From Thermodesulfobacteriota bacterium (GTDB lineage Bacteria > Desulfobacterota_D > UBA1144 > Nemesobacterales > Nemesobacteraceae): a DNA stretch of 64,000 nucleotides. The notes below the pieces were generated by a model. That model made no database searches, had not been told where the DNA came from, and saw only the letters and a list, made by a program, of their open reading frames with translations. Each line of letters opens with the position of its first letter. Position 1 is the first letter of the stretch. The translations under genes were made by a program, and so were the position numbers. Location: contig OZ219814.1 of the NCBI GenBank assembly GCA_964291665.2, positions 140,549 through 204,548 on the forward strand, given 5' to 3'. Shown here piece by piece: positions 28,055 through 37,831 of the stretch.

Positions 28055-30163
28055 TTAGTCGGAAATCCTGTAGTCGTCTATATTCTGGTCAAGCACGGCT
28101 TTTCTGCTGAGCCTCACCCTGCCGTCACGCGCAACTTCGAGGCATTTTACGAGGACTTCGTCTTTTTCGTTCAGGATATCGGTTACTTTTTCGACCCTAC
28201 GGTTTTCAAGTTCGGAGATGTGCAGAAGCCCGTCTTTTCCAGGACCCAGTTCAACTATCGCTCCGAAATCGAGAATGCGCTTAACCACGCCAACGTATAG
28301 CTTGCCGGCGACTATATCCTCAACGATTCTTTTTATGATGCTCTCGGCCTTCTTGCAGGCTTCATAATCGGGGGAGAAGATCTTCACCAGACCGTCATCC
28401 TGTATATCTATCTGCGCTCCGGTGTCCTCGACTATCTGCTTTATAGTCTTGCCGCCGGAGCCTATAACAACCTTGACCTTGTCGGGCTTTACCTGGATCG
28501 TAAGGATTCTTGGAGCATATTCGGAAAGCTCTTCTTTGGGTCCGCTGATTACCTCTTCCATCTTCCCGAGAATATGCATCCTGCCATCCCTTGCCTGGGC
28601 AAGCGCGGTTGTGAGAACATCTTCGTTTATGCCGGTTATCTTGATATCCATCTGCAAGGCGGTGATACCGATCTGGGTGCCGGCCACCTTGAAATCCATA
28701 TCCCCAAGGTGATCCTCATCGCCGAGAATATCGGAGAGAACAACAAAATTGTCCCCCTCCTTTATAAGCCCCATGGCTATGCCGGCCACGGGGGCACTTA
28801 TAGGCACGCCCGCGTCCATAAGAGACATCGAGGAACCGCATACGGTCGCCATTGAAGAAGAACCGTTTGATTCAAGTATTTCGGAAACGATCCTGATGGT
28901 GTAGGGAAAATCCTCTTTATCCGGCAAAACGGGTTTTATCGCCCTCGCGGCAAGCGCACCGTGCCCTATTTCTCTTCTGCCGGGACCCAGCCGGAAGCTT
29001 GTTTCTCCGACGGAGTATGGAGGGAAATTGTAGTGCAGCATGAAACTTCTTGTCTGGTCGCCTTCAAGCGCGTCTATTCTCTGCTCGTCGTATGAACTTC
29101 CCAAGGTCGTGACGACTATGGCCTGGGTTTCCCCGCGGGTAAAGAGCGCTGAACCGTGGGTTCTCTCAAGAAGACCCACTTCACCCCATATGGGCCTTAC
29201 CGTCGTGTAGTCCCTTCCGTCGGGTCTTGTACCCTCCACTATCTTGCTTCTCACCGAGTCTTTGATCAACTCATCAAACGCCTTGTCAATCTTGGATTTA
29301 TCTTCCGGGTGGCTCTCAATCAGTTTTTTCACTGTTTCTTCATAAGCTTGGTTTATAAGTTTCTTTCTGCCGTCCTTTGAATCAGCCACTATACCCTGCT
29401 CAAAAGAGGGAAGCACAGATGAACGAACCTCGCTTTCAAGCGCATCATCCGTTTCTATAGCGGGAACCTCTCTTTTTTCCTTTCCGATTCCTTCAACAAA
29501 ACGATTCTCAAAAGAAACGATTTCCTTGATTCCGGCATGGGCGAACATAAGGGCTTCAACTACCTCAGCCTCACTCACTTCCTTCGCGCCGCCCTCTACC
29601 ATCACAATAGCATCCTCTGTACCCGCGACGGTTATCTCCATAGTGCTGATCTCAAGCTGCTCGGGAGAGGGGTTTATAACAAGCTCGCCGTCTACTTTTC
29701 CAACCGTGAGAGCCGCTATGGGTCCGGCAAAGGGAATGTCTGAAACCATAATCGCTGCTGAAGACGCTATTACCGACAGAACATCCGTGGCGTTCTCGCC
29801 GTCAGCGGAAATAACCGTAACTATAATCTGGGTGGGATAACAAAAGCCCTTGGGTATAAGCGGCCTTACCGGCCTGTCAATAAGCCTCGACGTAAGAATT
29901 TCTTTCTCGCTGGGGCGCCCTTCCCTCTTAAAATAACCTCCGGGAATTTTCCCGGCCGCGAATGATTTTTCCTGATAGTTAACCGTAAGCGGCAAAAAAT
30001 CATCTTCTATCTTTTCTTCCGAGGCAACGACCGTGGCAAGCACGGTAGTTCCTCCACAGGAAGCGAGCACCGCCCCGTTTGCCTGCTTGGCAAGCCTTCC
30101 GGTTTCAAGACGCAGCTTGCTTCCAAACAGCTCCGCTTCCATTTGTCTTATTTGTTCAGTCAA
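28055..30163 (-). CDS. pnp: Polyribonucleotide nucleotidyltransferase (PNPase)
   Basis: 702 aa. Two RNase PH domains followed by KH and S1 domains at the C-terminus. Sits downstream of rpsO. Confidence 0.97.
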   Translation of the reverse strand: MTEQIRQMEAELFGSKLRLETGRLAKQANGAVLASCGGTTVLATVVASEEKIEDDFLPLTVNYQEKSFAAGKIPGGYFKREGRPSEKEILTSRLIDRPVRPLIPKGFCYPTQIIVTVISADGENATDVLSVIASSAAIMVSDIPFAGPIAALTVGKVDGELVINPSPEQLEISTMEITVAGTEDAIVMVEGGAKEVSEAEVVEALMFAHAGIKEIVSFENRFVEGIGKEKREVPAIETDDALESEVRSSVLPSFEQGIVADSKDGRKKLINQAYEETVKKLIESHPEDKSKIDKAFDELIKDSVRSKIVEGTRPDGRDYTTVRPIWGEVGLLERTHGSALFTRGETQAIVVTTLGSSYDEQRIDALEGDQTRSFMLHYNFPPYSVGETSFRLGPGRREIGHGALAARAIKPVLPDKEDFPYTIRIVSEILESNGSSSMATVCGSSMSLMDAGVPISAPVAGIAMGLIKEGDNFVVLSDILGDEDHLGDMDFKVAGTQIGITALQMDIKITGINEDVLTTALAQARDGRMHILGKMEEVISGPKEELSEYAPRILTIQVKPDKVKVVIGSGGKTIKQIVEDTGAQIDIQDDGLVKIFSPDYEACKKAESIIKRIVEDIVAGKLYVGVVKRILDFGAIVELGPGKDGLLHISELENRRVEKVTDILNEKDEVLVKCLEVARDGRVRLSRKAVLDQNIDDYRISD

Positions 30164-30189
30164 TTCATTTCCTCCAAAATATTACTTCC

Positions 30190-30459
30190 TCATTTCCTTA
30201 GCCCAAGAGTCTCAATCAGCTTTCCGTATTCCTGCGGTCTTACCCTCTTTACGTAGTTGAGCAATTTCCTTCTTTTGGCAACCATTGAAACCAGTCCTTT
30301 TCTTGAATGGTTATCTTTGGGCGCTCTTTTCACATGCTCGGACAGTTCCTGTATTTTTCCGTTCAGAATCCCGATCTGAACCTCGGCCGAACCAACGTCG
30401 TTCTCATGTGTTTGAAACTCTTTTATGATTCGCGCCTTTTCTTCTTTCTGCAAAGACAT
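30190..30459 (-). CDS. rpsO: 30S ribosomal protein S15
   Basis: 89 aa. GSAEVQIGILNGKIQELSEHVKRAPKDNHSRKGL... matches the S15 pattern. Confidence 0.97.
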   Translation of the reverse strand: MSLQKEEKARIIKEFQTHENDVGSAEVQIGILNGKIQELSEHVKRAPKDNHSRKGLVSMVAKRRKLLNYVKRVRPQEYGKLIETLGLRK

Positions 30460-30488
30460 AAATTACTTCCTCCTAGACCCTTGCCTGA

Positions 30489-31403
30489 TCAGTTAAACAC
30501 TCTTAAATGCCGGAACACTATATCCTTATCTCCCATATACTCAAATTCATCCGAGTCAGTTTTCGCCTCGCAGATGGAAAGAATCTTTTTCCGGCAAAAT
30601 ATGGTGATTATATCCCTATTTTTGAATTCGGGCAATTCCACGCCCGAAAGAACCCCCCGGCAAACAGGAAGTCCGTTGCGTACGCTCTCGCAGAGACCCT
30701 CTTCCAAATGAACCCTAGGATAGCCCCCGAGAACGTCCTCCAAAGAAAGAACATTGTAATTCCCGGATTCCACATCTTCAATACTGCTGGCCTCGCTCAG
30801 CGTGAAGGGACCGCTTCTGAGTCTTCTCAGTTCGGAAAGATGAGCTCCGCAGCCCAGTTTCCCCCCGGCATCCGAGGCAATCACCCTTACGTAGGTTCCT
30901 CGAGAACACTTCACGTAAAAAGTCGCTTTAGGGTAAGAAAAATGAAGAAGTCTTATTTCCTCTATGGTGACTCTTTTCGGTTTCCTTTCAACTTCCTTCC
31001 CGGCTCTTGCAAGGGCATAGAGCTTCGTACCCGAAACCTTGGCGGCGGAATACATTGGGGGAACCTGCATTATTTCCCCCGCAAACCCTTCAATGACCTC
31101 TTCAATCTCATCCTTGCCCAGATGCTCCGCATCCACCCGGCCGGTGACCGTACCGGTGCCGTCCATGGTATCGGTTGATACGCCCAAGATCATCTCGGCC
31201 TCGTATTCCTTTACATCGTCTCCGAGGTAAGGAATGGCTTTTGTCGCCTGATTAAAACACAGAGGCAATACCCCCGTCGCGAACGGATCCAGAGTGCCCG
31301 TATGACCCGCCTTTTTCGCTCCCAAGACTTTTTTCACTCTGTTAAGCACCTGAGCGGAGGTACAACCCTTGGGCTTATCAAGAATCATAACTCCGTCCAT
31401 CAT
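30489..31403 (-). CDS. truB: tRNA pseudouridine(55) synthase TruB
   Basis: Start taken at ATG 31403 (ATGA overlap with the nrnA stop). Catalytic-Asp motif GHTGTLDPFATG. Confidence 0.9.
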   Translation of the reverse strand: MMDGVMILDKPKGCTSAQVLNRVKKVLGAKKAGHTGTLDPFATGVLPLCFNQATKAIPYLGDDVKEYEAEMILGVSTDTMDGTGTVTGRVDAEHLGKDEIEEVIEGFAGEIMQVPPMYSAAKVSGTKLYALARAGKEVERKPKRVTIEEIRLLHFSYPKATFYVKCSRGTYVRVIASDAGGKLGCGAHLSELRRLRSGPFTLSEASSIEDVESGNYNVLSLEDVLGGYPRVHLEEGLCESVRNGLPVCRGVLSGVELPEFKNRDIITIFCRKKILSICEAKTDSDEFEYMGDKDIVFRHLRVFN

Positions 31404-32362
31404 ATCGCTTCCTGAATCGAACTGAGAAGTCTGCGCTTGACGGTAGCAAGCGGCGCGGGAATCACACATCCGGCCGCCTTACGGTGTCCTCCCCCGCCGT
31501 ACCGTCTGGCGATCTGCGCCACGTCCACGTACTCCTTGGATCTGAGACTCACTTTCCAACCGAGAGCGGATTCCTGCCTTAAAAAAACCGCGACCTCAAC
31601 CCCTTCAATTGCCCTCGCCATGCTTACAAGACCCTCGGTATGCTCCTTTTCGGTACCGGTCTGCTGAAACATCTCGCTCGATACGTGAAGAAAAGCAATT
31701 TTCCCGGTTACCTCTAGGGTGTTCATTGCCAAGGTTCTAAGCATAACCTTTCTAAGAGGTTCGTTATCATAAATGAATCTTGAGATCTTCTCGGGGTCGG
31801 CTCCGCAGTCGACCAGATCAGCAGCAATCGTGAACGTCTCAGAACAGGTGTTTGAATACCGAAACGAACCCGTATCCCCGACTATGGTGGAAAAAAGGCA
31901 CTCCGCAACGTTCGGGCTTATGGGAATCCCGAGCCGTTTTATCATCCTGTAGAGAATAACTCCAGTAGAAGATGCGTTTTCATCCACGAAGCAGTACTCG
32001 GAACCCGTGTTGTTAGTCGCGTGGTGATCCACAAACGCAAAAGTGAAATCGTTTTTCAGGATAAAACTTTCAAATTCTTTTCCGGGTCGCGAAACGTCGG
32101 CACAGTCAAGGAGCATAACCACATCCACATCGTTGGTAACGCTATCAAGAGAATCGGCAATGCCGGAGCATTCGGGAAGAAATCGCAGGTATTCAGGAAC
32201 CCCGTCTGCGTTGTACATGATCACATCCTTTCCAAGCTCGCGAAGAACCAGCGCCATAGCTATGGTTGAACCTAGGGCGTCGCAATCCGGATTCTCGTGG
32301 GAAACTACAAGAAAGCTTTGGTTTGCCCTTATGAGGTTAAGGATGTTATCAAGCTTATCCAT
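31400..32362 (-). CDS. nrnA: DHH-family phosphoesterase (NrnA-like oligoribonuclease / pAp phosphatase)
   Basis: 320 aa. DHH motifs (HENPDCDALGS, DHHATN) and the DHHA1 GGGGH motif. Confidence 0.8.
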   Translation of the reverse strand: MDKLDNILNLIRANQSFLVVSHENPDCDALGSTIAMALVLRELGKDVIMYNADGVPEYLRFLPECSGIADSLDSVTNDVDVVMLLDCADVSRPGKEFESFILKNDFTFAFVDHHATNNTGSEYCFVDENASSTGVILYRMIKRLGIPISPNVAECLFSTIVGDTGSFRYSNTCSETFTIAADLVDCGADPEKISRFIYDNEPLRKVMLRTLAMNTLEVTGKIAFLHVSSEMFQQTGTEKEHTEGLVSMARAIEGVEVAVFLRQESALGWKVSLRSKEYVDVAQIARRYGGGGHRKAAGCVIPAPLATVKRRLLSSIQEAI

Positions 32363-32714
32363 CCGACAAGTCCTTTATGAGTTCGTCAATTCTCGCCCGC
32401 TTTTCCACCAAAGCGTCGTACTCGAATTCTATGTTGGGAATCTTCTTTATTCTCAATCTCTTGGAAAGGGTGCTTCTTATGTAGCCTGTAGCGTTCCTCA
32501 GTCCCTCAAGCATCTCCTGAGTGTCGGAGCGTTCATCAAAAGAGGTAAAAAAGACCTTTGCGTAGCCCATGTCGTCTGTAACCCTCACGGCCGTTATGCT
32601 TGCCGACGACACTCTGGGGTCCTTGATCTTGCCGCGTACCAGCATCTCGGATATTTCCTTTATGAGAAGATCGGATATCCTCGCGGATCTTTTGTAGCTG
32701 TGAGACATATTCAT
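32355..32714 (-). CDS. rbfA: Ribosome-binding factor A
   Basis: 119 aa with an RbfA-type KH fold pattern. Lies in the conserved position downstream of infB. Confidence 0.9.
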   Translation of the reverse strand: MNMSHSYKRSARISDLLIKEISEMLVRGKIKDPRVSSASITAVRVTDDMGYAKVFFTSFDERSDTQEMLEGLRNATGYIRSTLSKRLRIKKIPNIEFEYDALVEKRARIDELIKDLSDG

Positions 32715-32718
32715 TCAC

Positions 32719-33009
32719 TTAGAAATGGATGATCTCCATCTCTTTTTCTCCCATGCGGAAATTCCCCGTGCTCTCGATATAGGAAGTCACCTTTTCCAGA
32801 ACGGAATTTACCAAGGAAGCATCGTTGGAGACATACCCAAACCCTATGGTAGCTTTGTCTTTTAGGTCCAGAGAATCAACTTCAGTAAGTGAGAGGCTCG
32901 GAAATCTTGATCTTGCTCTCTCGACAAGGCTTTTGATCAGGCGTCTTTTATCCTTCAAAGACCTGTTGCCTGACATGTAAAGTTCAAGTCTGGCTATGCC
33001 TACAACCAT
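32719..33009 (-). CDS. DUF503 (YlxP-like) protein
   Basis: 96 aa. SLKDKRRLIKSL...EVD pattern typical of DUF503. Lies in the conserved infB-rbfA position. Confidence 0.7.
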   Translation of the reverse strand: MVVGIARLELYMSGNRSLKDKRRLIKSLVERARSRFPSLSLTEVDSLDLKDKATIGFGYVSNDASLVNSVLEKVTSYIESTGNFRMGEKEMEIIHF

Positions 33010-33092
33010 TTAAAAGGGGATTATGTTTATCGCTGACAAGCTGAATTCATTCTTTCTAACACCAACAGGAAGCCGTGGTCTTACTCGCTTAT

Positions 33093-35654
33093 TTAAAGCT
33101 CCTGCTTTATCTCCTCAAGCTTGTAAAGTTCGAAGACATCTCCCTGCTTCACATCATTGAAATTCTCTATCGTTATACCGCATTCGTAGCCCGATTGGAC
33201 CTCCTTCACGTCCTCTTTAAAGCGCCTAAGAGAACTTACCTTGCCGTCAAAGACAACCGTGCCGTCCCGAACCACTCTGATGCTATTATCCCTGCTTACC
33301 TTGCCGTCAGAAACCATGCATCCCGCGATAGTCCCCACTCTTGACACGTGAAAAAGCTCCTTTACGTCCATGTGGGCCACCACGACTTCCTTGCGAATGG
33401 GCTCGAGAAGTCCCTCCATCGCACTTTTTACGCGGCTTACCACGTCGTAAATTATTGAATGAAGTTCAAGAGAAACCCCTTCCTTCTCAGAAATCCTAAG
33501 CGCGTTCGCATCCGGGCGGACGTTAAACCCTATCACCACCGCATTTGAGGCGCTTGCAAGAACCACATCGGTCTCGTTTATGCCTCCGGCTCCGGAGTGA
33601 ACGATCTTTACCCTGCACTTCTCGGTAGAGAGCTTTTCCAAGGACTCCCTGAGAGCCTCAACCGATCCCTGGGTATCTGCCTTTATAATGAGCGAAAGTT
33701 CCTTGGCTTCCTCGTTTTCAATGGAGCTGAAAAGATCCTCGAGCGAAAGTTTCGGAGTGGTGACCACCTTGCGGGACCTAATCTTATCCAGACGGTGAGA
33801 AGTTATTTCCTTGGATGTCTTCTCATCCTTCACCACATGGAATTTTTCCCCGGCTTCGGCAACTCCCGAGAGACCCATGATCTTAACAGGCATTGAAGGA
33901 CCGACACTTTTTACCGCTTTGCCCTTGTCATCGGTAAGGGCCCTTATTTTTCCGCTGTGAACCCCCGACACGACGCAATCCCCGACCCGAAGAGTCCCCT
34001 CCTTGACTATAACAGTGGAAACCGCTCCCCTGCCCTTGTCAAGCTCAGCTTCTACCACCACGCCGTATGCTTTTTTATCGGGCGACGCCCTGAGTTCAAG
34101 TATATCGGCCTGGAGCAGGACAAGTTCAAGGAGTTCGCTTATACCCTTTTTCTTTTTCGCTGAGACCTCGGCAAAAAGAGTGTCTCCTCCCCACTGTTCC
34201 GATACGAGACCTATCTCGGAGAGCTCCCTCCTGATTTTTTCGACATCGGCACCTTCCTTGTCAACTTTGTTTATAGCTACTATGATCGGAACTCTGGCCG
34301 CTTTCGCGTGGTTAACCGCTTCAACCGTCTGGGGCATTACTCCGTCATCCGCCGCCACTACCAGAATCACTATATCCGTTATGCTTGCGCCGCGGGCCCT
34401 CATCGAAGTAAACGCTTCGTGTCCGGGCGTATCCACGAAAGCTATGGTTGAATCCTTTACCTTCACCGCATAGGCGCCTATGTGCTGCGTTATTCCACCG
34501 GCCTCTCCTGCGACAACATTGGTCTCCCTTATAGAGTCAAGGAGTGTGGTCTTGCCATGATCCACATGTCCCATGACCGTAACGACCGGCGGGCGCGGCA
34601 TTTTCTCCGCATCTTGCGACTCATCCTGATCAAAAAGCAGGTCCTCCTCGACAAACCTCTCAACGGTCACGTTAAAACCGAACTCATCGGCGACAAGCTC
34701 GGCAGTCTCGCTGTCAATTGACTGGTTGATCGTTGCGCCCGTACCCATGGTCATGAGTTTTTTAACGACTTCCGACGCCTTTACGCTCATCATCTTCGCA
34801 AGCTCGGAAACCACTATCGTTTCGCCGATCTTGATGTTTCTCTTCGATGTGTGGGCGGGAGAAACCGGAAGAACTCTCGCGTCCTGGCCATCTGCCGGGT
34901 AGGCTCCCCTGTTTTTCCCGGGCCCGTCAAAATTCTGCCTCAGTTTGGGCTTTTTATTCTGTATTACATATTCCCTTCTGCTGGGAACCTTGGTCCGAAA
35001 CGCTCTTTTGAGCTGCTCCAGAGTTTCTTCATCATGTATTTCCTCTTTCAGGGGCTTGCTCTTTTTAGCTTTTTTCTTCTGCTTTGGCTTTTCTTTATCA
35101 CCCTCTTCCTCAATGACTTTTTCAGGTTCTGGGGGTGTTTCGGGCTTGAGTTCAACCTCGGCTTCCTGAGGAACCTCGGCTTCGGGCAACTGCTCGGCTT
35201 CAAGCGCCTCCTCGGGCACCGCTTCGCTCTCGGCGCTTGGAACCTGGAGCGGTTCAGCTTCCACAGGCTCGGATGGAGCAGGAATCTCGGGTTCCGGCTT
35301 TGCTTCCGCAGGTTCTCCCGCAGCCGGAACGGCTTCAGTTTCCACAGGCTCGGGTTCCGGCTTTACAACCTTCTTTTTTCTTCTTCTTACAACCCTGGAA
35401 CCCATTCTTCTTTCAACGAAATCGCCCGTTTCAGATTTGAAAACCTTTACGGTTTCCTTCTGCTCTTCCGCCGTTTCTGAAGAATTCTCCTCCGGAACGT
35501 TAATAAACGCCTTTTTTATTCTCTCGGCATCTGCTTTCGAGACTACGTTTTGGTGACTTGTAACTTTCATTCCAAGCTTTACGCTCTGTTCTATTACCTC
35601 TTTGCTGCTTACTTCCAGCTCTTTGGCTATCTGATGTATTCTGACTTTAGGCAT
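33093..35654 (-). CDS. infB: Translation initiation factor IF-2
   Basis: 853 aa. Low-complexity Pro/Glu-rich N-terminal region. G domain with GHVDHGKTTLLD, DTPGHEAF and NKVD. Confidence 0.97.
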   Translation of the reverse strand: MPKVRIHQIAKELEVSSKEVIEQSVKLGMKVTSHQNVVSKADAERIKKAFINVPEENSSETAEEQKETVKVFKSETGDFVERRMGSRVVRRRKKKVVKPEPEPVETEAVPAAGEPAEAKPEPEIPAPSEPVEAEPLQVPSAESEAVPEEALEAEQLPEAEVPQEAEVELKPETPPEPEKVIEEEGDKEKPKQKKKAKKSKPLKEEIHDEETLEQLKRAFRTKVPSRREYVIQNKKPKLRQNFDGPGKNRGAYPADGQDARVLPVSPAHTSKRNIKIGETIVVSELAKMMSVKASEVVKKLMTMGTGATINQSIDSETAELVADEFGFNVTVERFVEEDLLFDQDESQDAEKMPRPPVVTVMGHVDHGKTTLLDSIRETNVVAGEAGGITQHIGAYAVKVKDSTIAFVDTPGHEAFTSMRARGASITDIVILVVAADDGVMPQTVEAVNHAKAARVPIIVAINKVDKEGADVEKIRRELSEIGLVSEQWGGDTLFAEVSAKKKKGISELLELVLLQADILELRASPDKKAYGVVVEAELDKGRGAVSTVIVKEGTLRVGDCVVSGVHSGKIRALTDDKGKAVKSVGPSMPVKIMGLSGVAEAGEKFHVVKDEKTSKEITSHRLDKIRSRKVVTTPKLSLEDLFSSIENEEAKELSLIIKADTQGSVEALRESLEKLSTEKCRVKIVHSGAGGINETDVVLASASNAVVIGFNVRPDANALRISEKEGVSLELHSIIYDVVSRVKSAMEGLLEPIRKEVVVAHMDVKELFHVSRVGTIAGCMVSDGKVSRDNSIRVVRDGTVVFDGKVSSLRRFKEDVKEVQSGYECGITIENFNDVKQGDVFELYKLEEIKQEL

Positions 35655-35702
35655 ATTCCCGAAAAACCTGCTCCCCTGAGAGAGGCGGGCCGGTGGTTTT
35701 TG

Positions 35703-37058
35703 CTACTCGTCTCTTTGCGAATCCTCTACCTCTGTGCCGGTAGGCGATGACATCTTAACCTCTTCTGCATCCGAGACCTCTTCGGTCCCGCTCTCAACAG
35801 GCATCTCCTCAAGTTTCTCCATAAGCGCCACGCGGGCTGCTTTCTGGAGCGTGGAAACCTCGTCTTCGTCGAGACTTCCTACCTTCATGAGCACATCCGG
35901 TTCGCAAAAAGCTATGTGTTCAAGAGAGTAAAATCCGTCATTATAAAGCAGACTTGCCGTAACCTCGCTTACAGACGGCAAGCTTGTAAGAATAGAAAGC
36001 ACTTCCTGCTGTTCCTGCTTGACTCTGGACTCAGTTTTTATATCTATCTTCCACTCGGTAAGCTGCGATGCCAGCCTTACGTTCTGTCCTTTCCTCCCGA
36101 TAGCGAGAGAAAGCTGGTCATCATCGACTATAACTTCCATAGAGCGGCTGTTCTCGTCAATTACGACCTTGTTGACAACTGCCGGAGAGAGGGCGTTGCA
36201 GACGTAGCGGGCGGGGTCTTCTGACCAGGGAACTATATCCACCTTCTCGCCCCTGAGTTCCTGGATGATGCTCTGAACCCTCGAACCCCTCATTCCCACG
36301 CAGGCACCGACCGCGTCCACATCCGAATCTTTTGACGCCACGGCTATTTTCGTTCTTCCGCCGGGGTCTCTTGAGATAGCTTTTATCTCCACTATATTCT
36401 CGGCGATTTCAGGAACTTCCGATTCAAAAAGCCTCATTACGAAACTCACGTGAGCTCTTGAAAGGATAAGCCTCGGTTCCCCCCTGGGCGACTCCTTTAT
36501 ATCGAGAAGCACAGCCCGTATCCTTTCCTTCATCTTGTAGTACTCTCTCGGCACCTGCTGTTCCGGGGGCAAGACAGCCTCAACCCTTCCGAGGTCAACA
36601 ATTATGTGCCTTCTGTCAACCCTTCTCACTATGCCGCCGATTATGGTTCCTTTCCTGCCGATAAATTCCTCGTATATAACCTTGCCTTCGGCCTCCTTGA
36701 GTTTCTGAAGAACCTTCTGCTTGGCGTTGTGAATGGCAATTCTGGTATATTCGGGGCTTATCTTGACGCCTATCATGTCGCCAAGTTCAGTTTCGGGATC
36801 AAGTTTGGACGCTTCCGCGAGGGAAATCTCAATTTCGGGATCGGCTACGGTTTCCACGACTTCCTTGTACTCGAAAAGCTCCACTTCTCCCTCATCGGGG
36901 TTATAGTAAACGTCGAGTTCCTTGTCCTGATTCTTTGACTTGAGAAGCTTCTCGGCGGCGGACAGAACCGCTTCCTCAACCGCGCTTATTATGCGTTCCC
37001 TGTCAATGCCCTTGTCCTTCCCTACGGAATCTATAACTCTCGTCAGTTCCGTAATCAT
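35703..37058 (-). CDS. nusA: Transcription termination/antitermination factor NusA
   Basis: 451 aa. N-terminal RNAP-binding domain, S1, two KH domains and an acidic C-terminal repeat region. Confidence 0.97.
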   Translation of the reverse strand: MITELTRVIDSVGKDKGIDRERIISAVEEAVLSAAEKLLKSKNQDKELDVYYNPDEGEVELFEYKEVVETVADPEIEISLAEASKLDPETELGDMIGVKISPEYTRIAIHNAKQKVLQKLKEAEGKVIYEEFIGRKGTIIGGIVRRVDRRHIIVDLGRVEAVLPPEQQVPREYYKMKERIRAVLLDIKESPRGEPRLILSRAHVSFVMRLFESEVPEIAENIVEIKAISRDPGGRTKIAVASKDSDVDAVGACVGMRGSRVQSIIQELRGEKVDIVPWSEDPARYVCNALSPAVVNKVVIDENSRSMEVIVDDDQLSLAIGRKGQNVRLASQLTEWKIDIKTESRVKQEQQEVLSILTSLPSVSEVTASLLYNDGFYSLEHIAFCEPDVLMKVGSLDEDEVSTLQKAARVALMEKLEEMPVESGTEEVSDAEEVKMSSPTGTEVEDSQRDE

Positions 37059-37543
37059 TTTCTCGCTCCTTTCCCAAAATCAATTTCCAAGTTCGCCCTG
37101 CTGACGGAGCCGAAAGGCACGCTGTAGGAACGGCCATCAACTTCCACCAGAATCATTTCCCCTTCCATTCCGAGAAGCGTTCCGGAAAAAACCCTTCTGT
37201 CCTCGACCGGATCCATGGTCTTTATCTTCACTTTTCTTCCCTTGAACCTCTCATAGTCGCTTTGCCTGTTAAGGGGCCTCCTGAGACCGGGAGAAGACAC
37301 CTCAAGCGTGTAAGAATGCTGCGGCATTATGTCGTAGGCATCCAGAATCACGCTGAGTTCCCTGCTCACGTTAGCGCAGTCATCAACGGTGAGTCCGCCC
37401 TCCTTGTCAAGATATATTCTCAAGACCCTGCCACCTCTTTCCCTCAGATACTTTATATCCACAAGCTCGCAGGAATTCTCCTCGACAATAGGGTGAAGAA
37501 CCTCCAGAACCGCTTTTTCAAGCTCGCCGTTAGCCTTTTCCAC
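37055..37543 (-). CDS. rimP: Ribosome maturation factor RimP
   Basis: 162 aa. GTG start preceded by GGAGG. 4-nt overlap with nusA. Confidence 0.9.
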   Translation of the reverse strand: MEKANGELEKAVLEVLHPIVEENSCELVDIKYLRERGGRVLRIYLDKEGGLTVDDCANVSRELSVILDAYDIMPQHSYTLEVSSPGLRRPLNRQSDYERFKGRKVKIKTMDPVEDRRVFSGTLLGMEGEMILVEVDGRSYSVPFGSVSRANLEIDFGKGARK

Positions 37544-37571
37544 AAAAATCCTCCGTGTTTTTCATGCCCTT

Positions 37572-37603
37572 CAACAAAAAAGAGCGGGTAAAGACCCACT
37601 CTT
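37572..37603 (-). terminator. Intrinsic-terminator-like hairpin in the rimP-nusA-infB leader
   Basis: Minus strand reads AAGAGTGGG-tcttta-CCCGCTCTT followed by TTTTGTTG. The 9-bp stem includes one G-U pair. It lies about 30-60 nt upstream of the rimP GTG. Confidence 0.45.
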
Positions 37604-37618
37604 TCCAAAGCGGTTTAA

Positions 37619-37646
37619 ATTCTACATAAAACTAAAAAATCGGCAA
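37619..37646 (-). promoter_or_regulatory. Candidate promoter of the rimP operon
   Basis: Minus strand reads TTGCCG, then 16 nt, then TAGAAT. The predicted start site falls a few nt upstream of the leader hairpin. Confidence 0.35.
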
Positions 37647-37831
37647 GGAAATATCCGATTGGCGTAGCCGGTAAATTAAATTGAGTAATCATGATTTGAC
37701 CTGTCAATTCTAACTCGACAATTGCTTCCGGAACTGTATTTATTCAATGGCGCTCGGACGCGGCGCGACAAAATCGCGACGGTCAAGAGCAATCGCCGCT
37801 GGCGCATGATGGCAACTTGACTGTAAGTGGT

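Noticed and set aside
34851-35480. A 209-aa plus-strand ORF and apparent DNA repeats (CTTCCACAGGCTCGG occurring twice) at 35000-35400.
   Set aside because: It lies antisense to the Pro/Glu/Ala-rich low-complexity N-terminal region of IF-2. The repeats reflect PEPxxE peptide repeats in infB, not an independent repeat element.
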